Assembly: GCA_951406725.2 (NCBI GenBank)
Contig: OX597822.1
Coordinates: 97,030,001 to 97,094,000, forward strand
Length of the DNA stretch: 64,000 nt
Source of the DNA: Octopus vulgaris
Taxonomy: Eukaryota
Direction: 5' to 3'
Under the pieces are notes generated by a model. It had not been told where the DNA came from. It searched no databases and saw nothing but the letters and a program-made list of their open reading frames with translations. The first letter of the stretch is position 1. The number at the start of each line of letters is the position of its first letter. A program made the translations under genes and the position numbers. Below are positions 1 through 12,223 of this stretch, in pieces.

Positions 1-300
1 CATGCCTCTATACTCCTGCCTCCATACTCACTATGCTTCTACTCGCTGCACATTTATACTCAATCAGCATCTATACTCACTGTTTCTACACAACCCTTCT
101 ATACTCATCCCTCTACTCGCTGTACCTCTATATTCACCATGCCTTCATATTTACTGTGCCTCTATACTCCCTATGCTTCTACTCACCACACCTCTATACT
201 CACTGTGCCTTGATACTCACTATGCCTTTAATCGCTGCATCTTTATCAGTGCAATGAGCATATATCGCTTATAGTACACAGTGCTTCTGTGACCTCCATA
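1..300. repeat. Degenerate minisatellite (~20-bp CCTCTATACTCACTGTG-like unit)
   Basis: Recurrent cctctatactc / ctatgcttctactc motifs throughout 1-290. Confidence 0.7.
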
Positions 301-945
301 TCTGCAATGGTCACCTCCACCTTACCTCTTTATAGTTATAGCATTTCTATAATCATTCTCTCTCTCTTTCACTTTTGCTCTATGTAGTTTTAGTGTCTAT
401 ATAACTGTTCTATACTTCCTTATAAACTGGAACTATATATTTCTGTTGTTTTTCTCTTCAGTCATTAAACATGCAACAGTTCATATTGTAATTCTATCTT
501 CACTAACTTCCCCCCACTTATTTCTTCATGCCGAGCAGGCAACGGGCTTTACTCCTTTCCACCATTTTCCTCTCATGTTTGCCATCCTCTTCTCAACATG
601 TTTCCTATTCTGCTCCGTCCAACCTCCCACTTTCTTCTTCTTCTTCTTCTTAGCTGTCACTGTCATTTCTCCATGTGCTGCATACATATTTATCGATTCA
701 TTTTTAATAACCAGTCTTGCTGGGTTTTCATTGTGCTGGCTGATCAAATAGCTAATAAAACACTGCTGACAACTGAAAGCCTAGAATAGACGCAGCTTGG
801 TGACTTGAAAGTACATTTTTGTTGTTTTTTGTTTTTTTGCTCTACACATTTGCAAGCACACACACACACATACACACACACACGCACACACCCATGTATT
901 GTGTGTACATATGTGCAAATGTAGTGTCTACATGTGTGCATACAC

Positions 946-984
<39 letters not shown>

Positions 985-1534
985 GATATATATGACAGCC
1001 AGTGTTCAATCTATATACACACAGGTATATATTCTGGTGTGATGCATGTGTATGTATGCATATGTGTGTATATTTGTATATGCTTGTGTATATATTTAAA
1101 TATATAAACACACACACACAAACACACTGACATACATGTTAATATGTCTTTTCGCACCCAAAGGATTGTTTACTAGGAAATATTGAAAAAAGGAAACAAA
1201 CTGCAACTAGCTAATTTATTAACCCTTTCAATTAACCTGTCTGCTAATTTGAATTGTAATGATTGAGAATTAATGTAAAAATAATTCTTGTTTTTTCATT
1301 TTTTTTTTTTTTTTTTTTGCACTATCTTAAAATTATTTAAGTTCTGAGTTAATGTCAATGTAATCAACTAATCCTTCCGTCCCCTTCAAAAATATTTCGG
1401 GTTTTGTGTCCATACAACAAACAGTCCTTATAATGGCTGCTCCTTCTCTAACTTCTGTTTTAGATCTTGTATTGCTGGGTCCATATTATGGGCTTGAGGT
1501 GCTGGTGGGATGATGTTACTTGACAACATGCTCT

Positions 1535-1569
<35 letters not shown>

Positions 1570-1672
1570 AAAAAAATCCTCATCATTATTATTAATTCTA
1601 TTGAAGTTAACTTTGCCATTTATCTTTGAGGGAGTCAATAAAATAAGTGAGCCGGGCGACGTGTCCAGCCCA

Positions 1673-1716
<44 letters not shown>

Positions 1717-1888
1717 GATGTGTTGTCACAGGATTTAATGTCATTTACTTTGCTTACAGGATCATAATATACTCAATAGCTGTGGACTTTTAATGAATCG
1801 TTTATATAATGTCTCCCTCCCATACTTTGTTAAACAGTTTGGTTGTTGTCTCTCTTTTCAAAATTATCATTCTCTCTGTGTTTTTCAG

Positions 1889-1970
1889 GATGGATGGGCG
1901 TAGATGGTCTTTTGCATCACTGCCATCATCTGGTTATGGAACCAACACACCTGCTAGCTCCAATGTCTCG
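1889..1970 (+). CDS. MAST: MAST kinase exon (first in window; DUF1908 region, (R)[27 protein letters not shown])
   Basis: tttttcag acceptor, gtatgt donor; matches conserved MAST motif [20 protein letters not shown]. Confidence 0.95.
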
Positions 1971-3027
1971 GTATGTTACTTCGAATTTTTGTATATTTAT
2001 ATATTTTTATAACTTTGCTTTTAGAAGTTTGCTTCCTAAAGGCGGTGCTCCAGCATGGCCGCAGTCAAATGACTGAAACAAGTAAAAGAGTATGTATGTG
2101 TGTGACATTTTGTAATGTTCTAAATGAATATCAGTCATTTTCAATTTTCTTTGAAAACATGTCTGGCTGTGGGGAAATATTACTTTGCTTCAAAACAGGT
2201 AAGGGTTGATGACAGGAAAGGCATCTTACAGTGGAAAACCTGCCTTGATAAACTGTGTCCAAGCTATGCAAGCATGGAAAAGTGGGCATTATGATGATGA
2301 TGATTATAATGACTTTTTAATCTTTTCTGTCTCCTTATTCTTCATTCCTGGCTTAACATCACAACAATGTTCCTGAAATCTGGTAGAAGACAAGCTAACT
2401 AAAACGGCAAATTGGCAGAGTCATAAAATCATAAGTTAGAACACCTCACAGTATTTGTGACAATTCCCCGTTTCAAATCCTGCCAAAGTCAACCTTGGCC
2501 TTCATCTCTTTTGAGGACCAAAAAAAAAAAAATACTGATCTAGGGCAGTGGATTGGTAGAACTGTAAGAATGTCTGGCCAGATATCCTGCTGTATTTGTT
2601 GCAGTTCTTTGAACTCTGAGTTCAATTCCTCCTGCCATAGTCCACTTGGGTGGTAGATTTAATCAGTCACCCAGTTTAACACCACCATCTGGTTGCTTAC
2701 CTTTAACAGAGTTCGTTCTGTTGCAAGCATTCAATAGAAGCTGCAAGCATTCAATAGAAGCTGCAAGCATTCAAGTCTCCAGTTTGAAGGTATCTTCCCC
2801 TCTTCCACACACCGATGCCACATGACCCTGTAAAGAATCATGGGCACTACCTTTCTTCCTTACCAAAAGATTTTTAAAAAGAAGCAAAAAAAAAATTAGA
2901 AGCCACTTTGGGGTGGTGGCTTGCTTGACCTGCTAGAAATAACAGCCAAATCTCTTTCAAATCACTTATATCATTTTAATTGCCAATCCTCTTTGCTAAT
3001 TTTGCTTTTCTTTCCTTAATCTTTCAG

Positions 3028-3203
3028 TCCCAGTGCTCTTCTCAAGAGCGTCTTCACCAGCTGCCATCTCAGCCTACTCCAGATGAACTGCATATTCTCA
3101 CTAGACATTTTGGAAGTAACGAAAACAATGCTGTTCCGCCTGAGGATGACTCTGGTGGAGGACGGTGGTCACCGCGGCCCCGACCCCGCTCCCGAAGTTT
3201 GAG
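3028..3203 (+). CDS. MAST: MAST exon ([28 protein letters not shown]...RPRSRSL)
   Basis: ctttcag / gtaagg; phase 0 to 2; matches [19 protein letters not shown]. Confidence 0.95.
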
Positions 3204-4589
3204 GTAAGGACTCTTGCCACTGCACAGCACTGTACTTTATTTGCATATTTATAATTTGGCAACATCAAGGACAACTGGCGGTAGAATATTTATCTCAACA
3301 AATTCAGTCTGACCCATACAAGCATAGAAAAGTGGGCATTATATGATGATGTCGATGTAAATAAGTTAGTCAACATGTTGGTTATTCTGGAATTGACAGG
3401 CAGAGTCTAATTTTTAACTCTTTTGATAGCAACCCCACTAAAACCACCCCTGGTTTTCTATGATACAATCTAGCTGTTTAAAGTTATCGAAATTAACTCT
3501 TTAGTATTTAAACCTGCCATATCCTTCCAAAATATTCTACCTGCTTTTTGTTCAGATCCAGACACTTACAATGCTGTACAAGGTCGTTCTAAAAGGAAGG
3601 AATCGCATCGTTGAAATCTCAAAGCTATGAGATAATGCATGATTAATTCAAAGCAATGTAAATAAACAAGCATTACATTTGAAAGAGTAATCTGAATGAA
3701 AAAGGGTTAATCAAGACTTCCCATCAAAATTTCACATTAAATTATCTTGCAAGCATTGGTGTAATAACAACGAAGCTATTTTACTACATTCTTTGTTTGT
3801 TTTCAAAATTAATTGAAACAAAAGGTAACGTCTGCCAACAGGAATATAGTAAAATGGTTTATTCGTAACCCACTTTTCTCTGGAACCTAAACAAGTTGCA
3901 ACTTGGTTAAGATGATATTTGTAGGTGAGCCTTATCTGTTAGTATTTACTTTCTTTTGTATCATTTTTAAAACTAGTTTATGTCAGTTGGTTGTTTGCTT
4001 TGTTTTTTGTTTTGTTTTATTTTCATTTGTTTTTGCTTTCACTAGATAACCTACAGCTTTATATGTCAAAGGTCATGTGTTTTCTTTGGTATCTTATCTC
4101 ATCTTCAACTACTGTTCAGAATGCTCCCTGGTGGTGGTAGCATTTACCGTAATGTGTCAATCTGTCACCATTTAGAATGCAAAACACCATTATCTGGTGC
4201 ATCAGTTGATGTACTTTGTCGTATATGGCAATGAAGATGAGTTTTAACTTCATTTAAAAAAAAAAAAAAAAGGGAAAAGAAAAATTTTCACTGACCTCCG
4301 TATTTTTTGAGAAGCAAACAAAGCAATAAAGCAGTAACTCAGATGACCTCCCCTAGATTCTAATGTAAAAAAAAAAACTAAAAACAAAAACAAAAACTGA
4401 TAAAGATTTACTTGATGCAGACAGTTTGATCCGAAAGAGATTATCTTGCCAAAACAGCTCAGCTATACAGTCGTTTTGATACAAGCAGTTACTTCGGTCC
4501 AGTTATTGATATATATAACAATGTGACATCAAAAGTAAAAGTTATTGACAAGAAAAATAAAAACAGGTTTAGAAATCAGCTACAAACTA

Positions 4590-4636
<47 letters not shown>

Positions 4637-5125
4637 TATACATACATAAATCAGGCTTCCTTCAGTTTCCATCTACTAAATTCAGTCAAGGCTTTGGTCA
4701 GCCTGAAGCTATAGTAGAAGACACTTATATGTATATATATGTGTGTGTGTACATATATATATATATATATATATGACTGGCACCCGGCAGATGCCAGGAC
4801 CCCTGGACTGGTGGTACATAAAATGCACTATCCGAATCGTGGCCAATGCCAGCACCGCCTCACCTGGCTTCCGTGCCAGTGGCACGTAAATTGCACCAAT
4901 CCGACCGTGGCCATTGCCAGCCTCGCCTTGCACCTGTGCGGGTGGCACGTAAAAAGTACCCACTACACTCACGGAGTGGTTGGCGTTAGGAAGGGCATCC
5001 AGCTGTAGAAACATTGCCAGATAAGACTGGAGCCTGGTGCAGCCTTCTGGCTTCCCAGATCCCCGGTCGAACCGTCCAACCCATGCTAGCATGGAGAACG
5101 GACGTTAAACGATGATTATGATTTT

Positions 5126-5170
<45 letters not shown>

Positions 5171-5302
5171 TTCACATACAATCATACATACACCTACATA
5201 CGCACCAATACTGAGATATACCTGCTTCTCTTATTTCTTCATTAATGTACAAAATAATGTTTGATTAATTAACTAATGTTTGTTTATATTTTCCCATTGC
5301 AG

Positions 5303-5378
5303 TAGTCCTGCTCGCTCTCCTGCAAGTGATTTGGAAATAGTCATGATGAATAATATGTATAAAGAGAGATTCCCTAAG
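5303..5378 (+). CDS. MAST: MAST exon (SPARSPASDLEIVMMNNMYKERFPK); NAGNAG acceptor, alternative start 5306
   Basis: ttgcag-tag acceptor, gttaga donor; matches EIVMMNHVYKERFPK; missed by ORF track. Confidence 0.93.
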
Positions 5379-6353
5379 GTTAGACTCTTTTAAATATTTC
5401 TCTCTTCCTTTTCCCTTCCTTTCATTGTCATCATATTTCTGTCTGTCTGTCTCTTTCGTATGCACATATCCATTACTTCACTATTATATTGCTCAAAATC
5501 AAAAATTAAATTAATCTGCCTTCTGTTTAGACTTAGCTATGTCTCCTGTAAAATTATTTCATCTGCTCTTTTTAGTTTTATACTCATTTGTTCCTTAAAA
5601 TCAGATAAGAAATAACATTCTTAAAAACACTTCCAGCAACATTTTGAATTAATTTTCAACATGGCATCCAACAGCTTCCTTTATATGATTTCTTCTCAAT
5701 TCAATCAGACATAGCTCTAAATTCATTTATGCTTGTCTTCCTAATTGTATTTTTCTGCTTAATTATGTTTTAAAAATAGATTTAAAAACATCCAAAGAGA
5801 AGAAATGGCTTTGAGAATATGAAGTGTTTTTTTTTTTTATTTTTAGTAACTTTACTTATAAGTGGGCTTTTTTTATGAATAAAGTAACTAGAAATTTTTT
5901 TTTATTCTGGTGGTCTGACATGGTTAATAGAGAAATCATGTATACAATTAATTCCTTCTATATGTCAATGGTCAAACATCTGGCCCAGAGCAATACAACT
6001 CTTTCACACCAGATGTCCTGATCTGCTATTGCAACCTTCATATTCTCAGCTTGATATCCAGTGTCTTCCACAAGTTGATTGATAGATGCACTTCTTGTTC
6101 TACCAATACCTGTATGTCAGTGCTTGGGTTACAAGAGGAGAAGATATGTTCTTCTTCTCCAGCAGTGTTCTGCATAATGTGTTCTTTCTCTGATTACCTA
6201 GGTGCCATACACCTTTTGCTCTGTAAGGTGTTGCTGCCAAGGAAGATTAAATCCTTTATTTGAATGTTTGTTTGTAAATATTTGTTGGATGACAACTGTG
6301 GGGCTCGTTGATAGTATCCAAGGTATAAATTCTGTTTCTCTCTATTTATATAG

Positions 6354-6554
6354 GCCACTGATCAGATGGAAGAAAGACTGGAGCTCTTTATTGAATTAAA
6401 CCGAGCACCAGTTGAACCTGATGCAATTTTAAGCTTTCTTCATCACCAAGTACTTGAATTGGCAAGAGATTGTCTTCAAAAATCTCAGGAAAAACTAATA
6501 ACTAGTAATTATTTCTGTGAATTGTCAGAAAATTTAGAGAAACTACTCAAAGAT
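6354..6554 (+). CDS. MAST: MAST exon (ATDQMEERL...FLHHQVLELARDCLQKS...ENLEKLLKD)
   Basis: tatatag / gtaagc; 201 nt, phase 0-0; DUF1908 core. Confidence 0.96.
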
Positions 6555-8007
6555 GTAAGCTCTTTTATTGCTTTTATTTGATTATTTTATTGTTTTTCTT
6601 TATAGCAAATATTTACAGCTGACAAACAACATGAATTTACCCATGATCCTTCTAGAATTAACGACTATTATTATTATTATTAATATAGGGAAATTGTTGA
6701 CCCTGAAAGAATGAAAGACAAAGTTGATGCCAGAAGAATTTGAACTTAGAACATAAAGACAGGCAAAACGCCATTAAGTAGTTTGCCCAGCATGCTAACG
6801 ATTCTGCCAGCTCACCACTCTATTAATAATGATAATAATAAGCTTGTTGTATATAGTGTTCCGGTACTCTACTGTTCCTCAGAAAATGGTAAAAGAGGGG
6901 ACAGAGGGCAACAATAAGTCAAGTAAAGAAAGACAAAAATAATAGCCAAAAATACTTGCACAGTATATAGGATAAAGCCCAAAAGGACAGAAAAGTGAAC
7001 AATGAAGTGGAAAGTGTGCATCGGCAATTCAGGAGTAGTATTCCGTGGGTTTCGGAAGATACGGAACTTTTTAAGGATGCAGTGTCCTGATGGATAACAA
7101 CCGATGCTGATTTTATTCCATGCTTCAGCAGTTCTGAGCATGGCAAACTGTTTCCAAACTTCATGGATGTTGTGCTGTTTTTTTGCATACCCTCCAGCTG
7201 TTATATTGACAAGCATTCCAATTGATCCGAGCAATGGAACAGCCTACTTGTGAAATTAATATGCGAGCGAATGGCTGGGCACTCCACAGACATGTGTACC
7301 CTTAATGTAGGGAGATTCAGCCCTTTGTATTACCGGTATGACTCATTTTTGCTAGTTGAGTGGACTGGAGCGATGTGAAAGTGCCTCGCCCAAGGACACA
7401 AAGTGCTGCCAAGAATTGAACTTACTACCTTACAAGTACAAGCCGAATATTCCTAACCACTAGGCCATGCTTATTGAATTCAAAAAGGTGGCCAAACTTG
7501 TTGGAAAATTGGTACGTAATTTTATGGGCTTCTGCTAAGTCTGCTGTGAAATGTTGAAGCTTTCGTGCATCAATGCTCAGAGAAGCTTTTTAAGAACAAC
7601 AATCAGTTTCAGTAACTGTCTTTTTATCTTTAGTTAGTTAGTTAGTTAATTTGGCTCAAAAGCAAATAGCGAGGCCATGTAGGGGGACATGGAGTTAAGT
7701 ACAGGGTGGTGTTCATGTAAAGAGTTCAGGCCACTTGAGGTCCAGGGAGGCTTTGAACAAAGCGGTCGTCGGCATCTTCACCATCTCGTCTGGCAGCTTG
7801 TTCCACGGATCCGCAACCTGGACGGAGAAAGCTCCTTGTGTTATGGTTCGTGTGTGTGTGTAACAATGTGGTTTAGAAGTTCACTTTGTAACTACATGGG
7901 TTTGAGTTTGTTATTATGGCATCATACTGACTTATATATATTGTTTCTATCTTTTGAATCTTGTATTCTATTATCCAATAATCTTGTTTCCTATTTTCTT
8001 ATTGAAG

Positions 8008-8106
8008 GCTCAAGAGAGATCTGAAGAGGCATATCAGTACCTCTATCCACTCATCAAAAAGCTACTCATCATTGTTTCCCGACCGGCTCGTCTACTGGAA
8101 TGCTTG
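8008..8106 (+). CDS. MAST: MAST exon (AQERSEEAYQYLYPLIKKLLIIVSRPARLLECL)
   Basis: attgaag / gtaagt; conserved SRPARLLECL. Confidence 0.96.
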
Positions 8107-8333
8107 GTAAGTCACCACGGTGTTTGTCTTGTCAAGTCAGCCTAGTCTGTATTAACCAAAATAACCTCTCCCTCATTGGGGAAAAATCAGGGTTTTGAAC
8201 CCGTGACGATGCAACATTTGAAATTCAAACCCATTGTGTCTAATGTGCCACCTAGCTGCTCCCACTTCTAACCTCCCCAGTAATTAATGCAAATATCCAA
8301 TTCTGAAGAAATATCTAACCTATATGTGACTAT

Positions 8334-8640
8334 GTGGAGGCACATGGCCTAGTGGTTAGAGCAGCGGACTCACAGTCGAGGGATCGTGGGTTCGAATCTC
8401 AGACCGGGCGATGTGTGTGTTTATGAGCGAAACACTTAAGCTCCACGCAGCTCCGACAGAAGGTATTGGCGAACTTCTGCTGACTCTTTCACTACAGCTT
8501 TCTCTCACTCTCTTTCCTCCTGCATCTTGCAGCTCACCTGCGACGGACCGGCATCCCATCTAGGTGGGGGGAACCTATACGCCAAGGAAACCGGAAAACC
8601 GGCCCTTATGAGCCAGGCATGACTCGAAAAGGAACAGACA
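8334..8640 (+). mobile_element. tRNA-derived SINE family D, full length, with 12-bp target-site duplication
   Basis: A box tggcctagtggt, B box ggttcgaatc; ATATGTGACTAT at 8322-8333 and 8640-8651; homologous copy at ~63000-63235. Confidence 0.85.
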
Positions 8641-8880
8641 TATGTGACTATAGTGAAATGAGAATCATTTCTAAAAGATTTGAGAATTGCTTCACAAGAC
8701 AGAATTATGAGTGTTGAAATTTGTCTGAGATGATGTGCCTAGTGCTGCAACAGAACAAGATAGTATTGATGACAAACCAAATATGCTGCTCACTGGTGAA
8801 TAAACCAACTGAGCTATCTTCATCTTAATATCAATTAAGTTTATTCATGTTTTTTTTTTCTCCCTTTTTGTTCCCTAAAG

Positions 8881-9007
8881 GAATTCAATCCAGAGCAATT
8901 TTACCATATGCTGGAGGCAGCAGAAGGCCATGCACGCCAGTATGTCAAAGCTGATATCCCCCAGTATATCATCCAGAAATTGGGATTAAACAGAGATCCA
9001 CTTGCTG
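8881..9007 (+). CDS. MAST: MAST exon ([42 protein letters not shown])
   Basis: ccctaaag / gtaaga; matches [16 protein letters not shown]...DIP.YII..LGL..DPL. Confidence 0.96.
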
Positions 9008-9220
9008 GTAAGAACACACTCTCTCTCTCTCTCTTTCCTGCCAATCCAAGTTTTTTAATTCCTTTTGATTCAAATACCAAAGACATTGTAATATTACGTG
9101 CAAAGTAGACCAGAGTGAATTGGGAATTGTTCAAGCATTTGATACACAACTTTGTCTGTCTCTGTTTATATAAGTATGTATGTGAGTGGGTGGGTGTGGA
9201 TGTGTGTAAGTATAGTTAAA

Positions 9221-9438
9221 GGCTGTGAGCTGGCAGAAACGTTAGCAGGCTGGGCGAAATGCATCTGCCGTTACGGTCTGAGTTCAAATTCTGCCGAGGT
9301 CGACTTTGCCTTTCATCCTTTCAGGGTCGATTAAATAAGTACCAGTTACGCACTGAGGTCGATGTAATCGACTTAATCTGTTTGTCTGTCCTTGTTTGTC
9401 CCCTCTATGTTTAGCTCCTTGTGGGTAGTAAAGAAATA
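9221..9438 (+). mobile_element. tRNA-derived SINE family A
   Basis: ggcagaaacgttagc...gagttcaaatt head; gactttgcctttcatcctttc..ggtcga..aagtacca core; other copies at ~15480, 22090, 26020, 53617. Confidence 0.85.
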
Positions 9439-9939
9439 TATAGTTACATGGTTATGAAGTTAGCTTCACAGCCACATGGTGTTAGGCACAGCCTCATTGC
9501 ATAGCACCTTGGGCAATTTGTCTTATACTTGTTGCTTTAGACTGACCAATATCTTGTGAATAAAACTGATGGATAGACTTTGCTTGGAAATTTTGTGTGC
9601 ATGCGTATGTGTACTTTATAGTTACTATTTCCACTTTCTTACATGAAATTGTCTGAAATAAAAATTTTAAAAAAGCAGTGTCGTGGTGTTTACACTCCCG
9701 ATGAACTTTATGTGCTGCATTTTCAAAATTGTGGAATGCAATCTCAAGTTTAGTGACGAGGAAAAGCATTAATTAGACAAACTGGACAGAAGCCCATCGT
9801 GTGTGTGTGTGTGCATATGTATGTCAATGTTGACTTTCCATGGCTTCACTTGTCACTGTCTGAGCTAAATGGTAATAGGATGTTTCCATTCCTTGTTGAT
9901 GTTGCAAGTGGCCACTCTGAATTTTCAAAAACCAGTGGA

Positions 9940-10198
9940 ATCATCATCATCATCATCGTTTAACATCCGTTTTCCGCGCTAGCACGGGTTGGATGGTTCA
10001 ACCGGGGTCTGGGAAGGCCAGGGGCTGCACCAGGCTCCAGTCTGATCTGGCAGTGTTTCTACAGCTGGATGCCCTTCCTAACGCCAACCACTCCGCAAGT
10101 GGTGTAGTGGGTGCTTTTTACGTGTCACCGGCACAGGTGCCAGGGGAGTCTGGCATCAGCCACAATCGGTTGGTGCTTTTAACGTGCCACCGGCACGG
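9940..10198 (-). mobile_element. SINE family C ((GAT)n tail, RTE-like 3' end)
   Basis: Reverse complement of ggcgttaggaagggcatccagctgtagaaac...gatgatgat; other copies at ~4775, 12472, 27720, 33395, 48274, 50075, 52712, 55530. Confidence 0.8.
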
Positions 10199-10360
10199 AA
10201 TAAAAAAAAGAAGAAAAAAAATCCCTTGGAAAGTGTTGGCAATTGCAAAAAAGCAGCCAGTTCTAAAATCCTGTCTTAAATAAGTCCTACAACCAGCCCA
10301 TGTATGTATGCCATAACTGATATTAAACAAATTAACCATATGTTTGTTCTCTTTCTCCAG

Positions 10361-10431
10361 ATGTTCAGGAAATCGGAATGCACGATAGTACAGATTGCGC
10401 TAGTGGAGCAGAATCAGCGGATAGCAATGCA
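10361..10431 (+). CDS. MAST: MAST linker exon (DVQEIGMHDSTDCASGAESADSNA)
   Basis: ctttctccag / gtaagt; 71 nt bridges phase 1 to phase 0 exactly as required. Confidence 0.85.
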
Positions 10432-11543
10432 GTAAGTTATAATTATCTTACTTCAGAAACGGAATCCATCCATCTAAAACCTTCTCTCTTATTATATGAA
10501 AAAAAACAAGCCTTGTTACTTTCATCTTCTGTTTCTGTTATCTATCATCTGATCAACCTATTAAGCACTTAATCCAGTTCTTTCCCTCCTTAACTCTGTC
10601 CCTCTGGAACTATATCTGCCCGAGTTTTCTTATCACAGACATTAATCATTTTTAACTTTACTTATTTATTCTAGTTTTCTGATCTAGATAGGTAAGGCAC
10701 TGAAAAATCTTTTAGCACTGATCCTCCTCATTGCAATAAAGAATTATCAAATCCTTATGATGAATCTATAATAATAATAATAATGAAATTATTGTATACA
10801 GTGCCCAGGTGCACCACAACTTGTCAAAAAGTGCGTACAAAGTATAAGCGGTAATGTACAAATGTCTGGAAAGCGAACAGTGTATGAGTCAGATACATGT
10901 ATGTGTATGAAAATATAGTTTGTATGGAACATTGGCTTGATATATATTTATATATATATATATATATATAAATGCTTTTATTTTTTATACAGCCAAAACA
11001 GTGCAAATTATGAGAAGTAATACAAGTCAATGGTTTGTTCTTTTATCTCGTATATCAGTATTTCTATGAAGGGGGTCCTAACTGAAATATTGAAATGCAA
11101 AGTAAAAGTACACGCTATCAACTTACATTATTTCCAATAACTTGCATTGTTTTATAGAAAAAATTTTTTAAAAGACATTTTTAGATATATATATGTGTGT
11201 GTGTGTGTGTATAAAGATATATGTGTGTATAAAGATATATGTGTGTGTATGTATGTATATATATATATATATATATGTGTGTATGTATGTATGTATATAT
11301 ATATATATATATATATTTCAAGATTAATCAGCTGAAATTGCGAGGATGATCCGGTTCTTGACTGAAGATTAAAGGCTTCGAATGACCCGTCCATGTTTTT
11401 CGTGTCATCTATCTGGATATTTTGCGTTCTTGTCCCATTTTGTATTTATATATATATATTTATTTGTTCCTCTTTTTCTATCTCTCCTCCTCATGGCTCA
11501 GTAATGATGTTGGTCATTAAAATTTTTCTTCTCCAATTTGCAG

Positions 11544-11617
11544 ACAAAAGAGAAGAAAGCAACCCCATCAGAGGATGATTTTGATACAATAAAACTAATT
11601 AGCAGTGGAGCTTTTGC
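11544..11617 (+). CDS. MAST: MAST kinase exon, subdomain I (TKEKKATPSEDDFDTIKLISSGAF)
   Basis: tttgcag / gtaagt; matches P.E.DF.TIKLISNGAYG. Confidence 0.95.
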
Positions 11618-12011
11618 GTAAGTTAACTCCTTCACTCTTTGTTGTCTTGTTTACGTGTTTGTTTACTCTTTTATTTCTCTTACTTCAGTTCCTTGTTTTG
11701 TGTTTCATCCCACCTTTCAAGACATTTGTTGTTTGTTGGAACACTAGACAGACACACTGTTTTATTTCAATACCTCATTGTTCAGAGTTTGAAATCTTAC
11801 CTAGCTTTGACTTTACCATTTCATACTTTCAGGATCAATACAAATGAGGTCCGACTGCATCATTATCATCATTTTTATTATTGCCCTCTCAATATAAATC
11901 ACTAGCAAAATTAAGCATTTTTTATACCAACCCACCTAAAACCAGCCTTGATTCTATAATACAAATTGCTTGAAAAGTACCACTGATTCTATGGTGCAAG
12001 TTTCTCTTTAA

Positions 12012-12223
12012 CCCTTTTGATACCAAACCGCCTCAGGCTCTGTAGTACAATATCTTGTTTTCAAAAGTTCTGAATTAAAAATCTTCCACCAAACCTTAGT
12101 CACAATTTATGTTTCTAACACCAGCTGAATGATAACTAAATTGTTTTACTAAATTCTTTGTTATATTTAAAATTAATTGAAAGAAACACAGAGCATCTCA
12201 ACAGAAATATGGTAACAAAAGGG
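12012..12223. mobile_element. TTAA-flanked MITE (piggyBac-like), nested in an older related copy (~11905-12386)
   Basis: TTAA|CCCTTTTG...CAAAAGGG|TTAA. Confidence 0.75.

Noticed and set aside
1428-1535. Minus-strand exon-like frame SMLSSNIIPPAPQAHNMDPAIQDLKQKLEKEQPL*
   Set aside because: No recognisable homology, acceptor is only an (AAT)n tract, no partner exons found
1890-1892. ATG as the MAST start codon
   Set aside because: Directly preceded by a canonical acceptor, and homologues continue upstream; probably an internal Met
2722-2774. 20-bp tandem repeat x2.7 (tgcaagcattcaatagaagc)
   Set aside because: Simple slippage duplication with no sign of function
8334-8410. tRNA-like sequence (also ~48853-48925)
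   Set aside because: Head of a SINE with body, tail and target-site duplication; not a stand-alone tRNA gene
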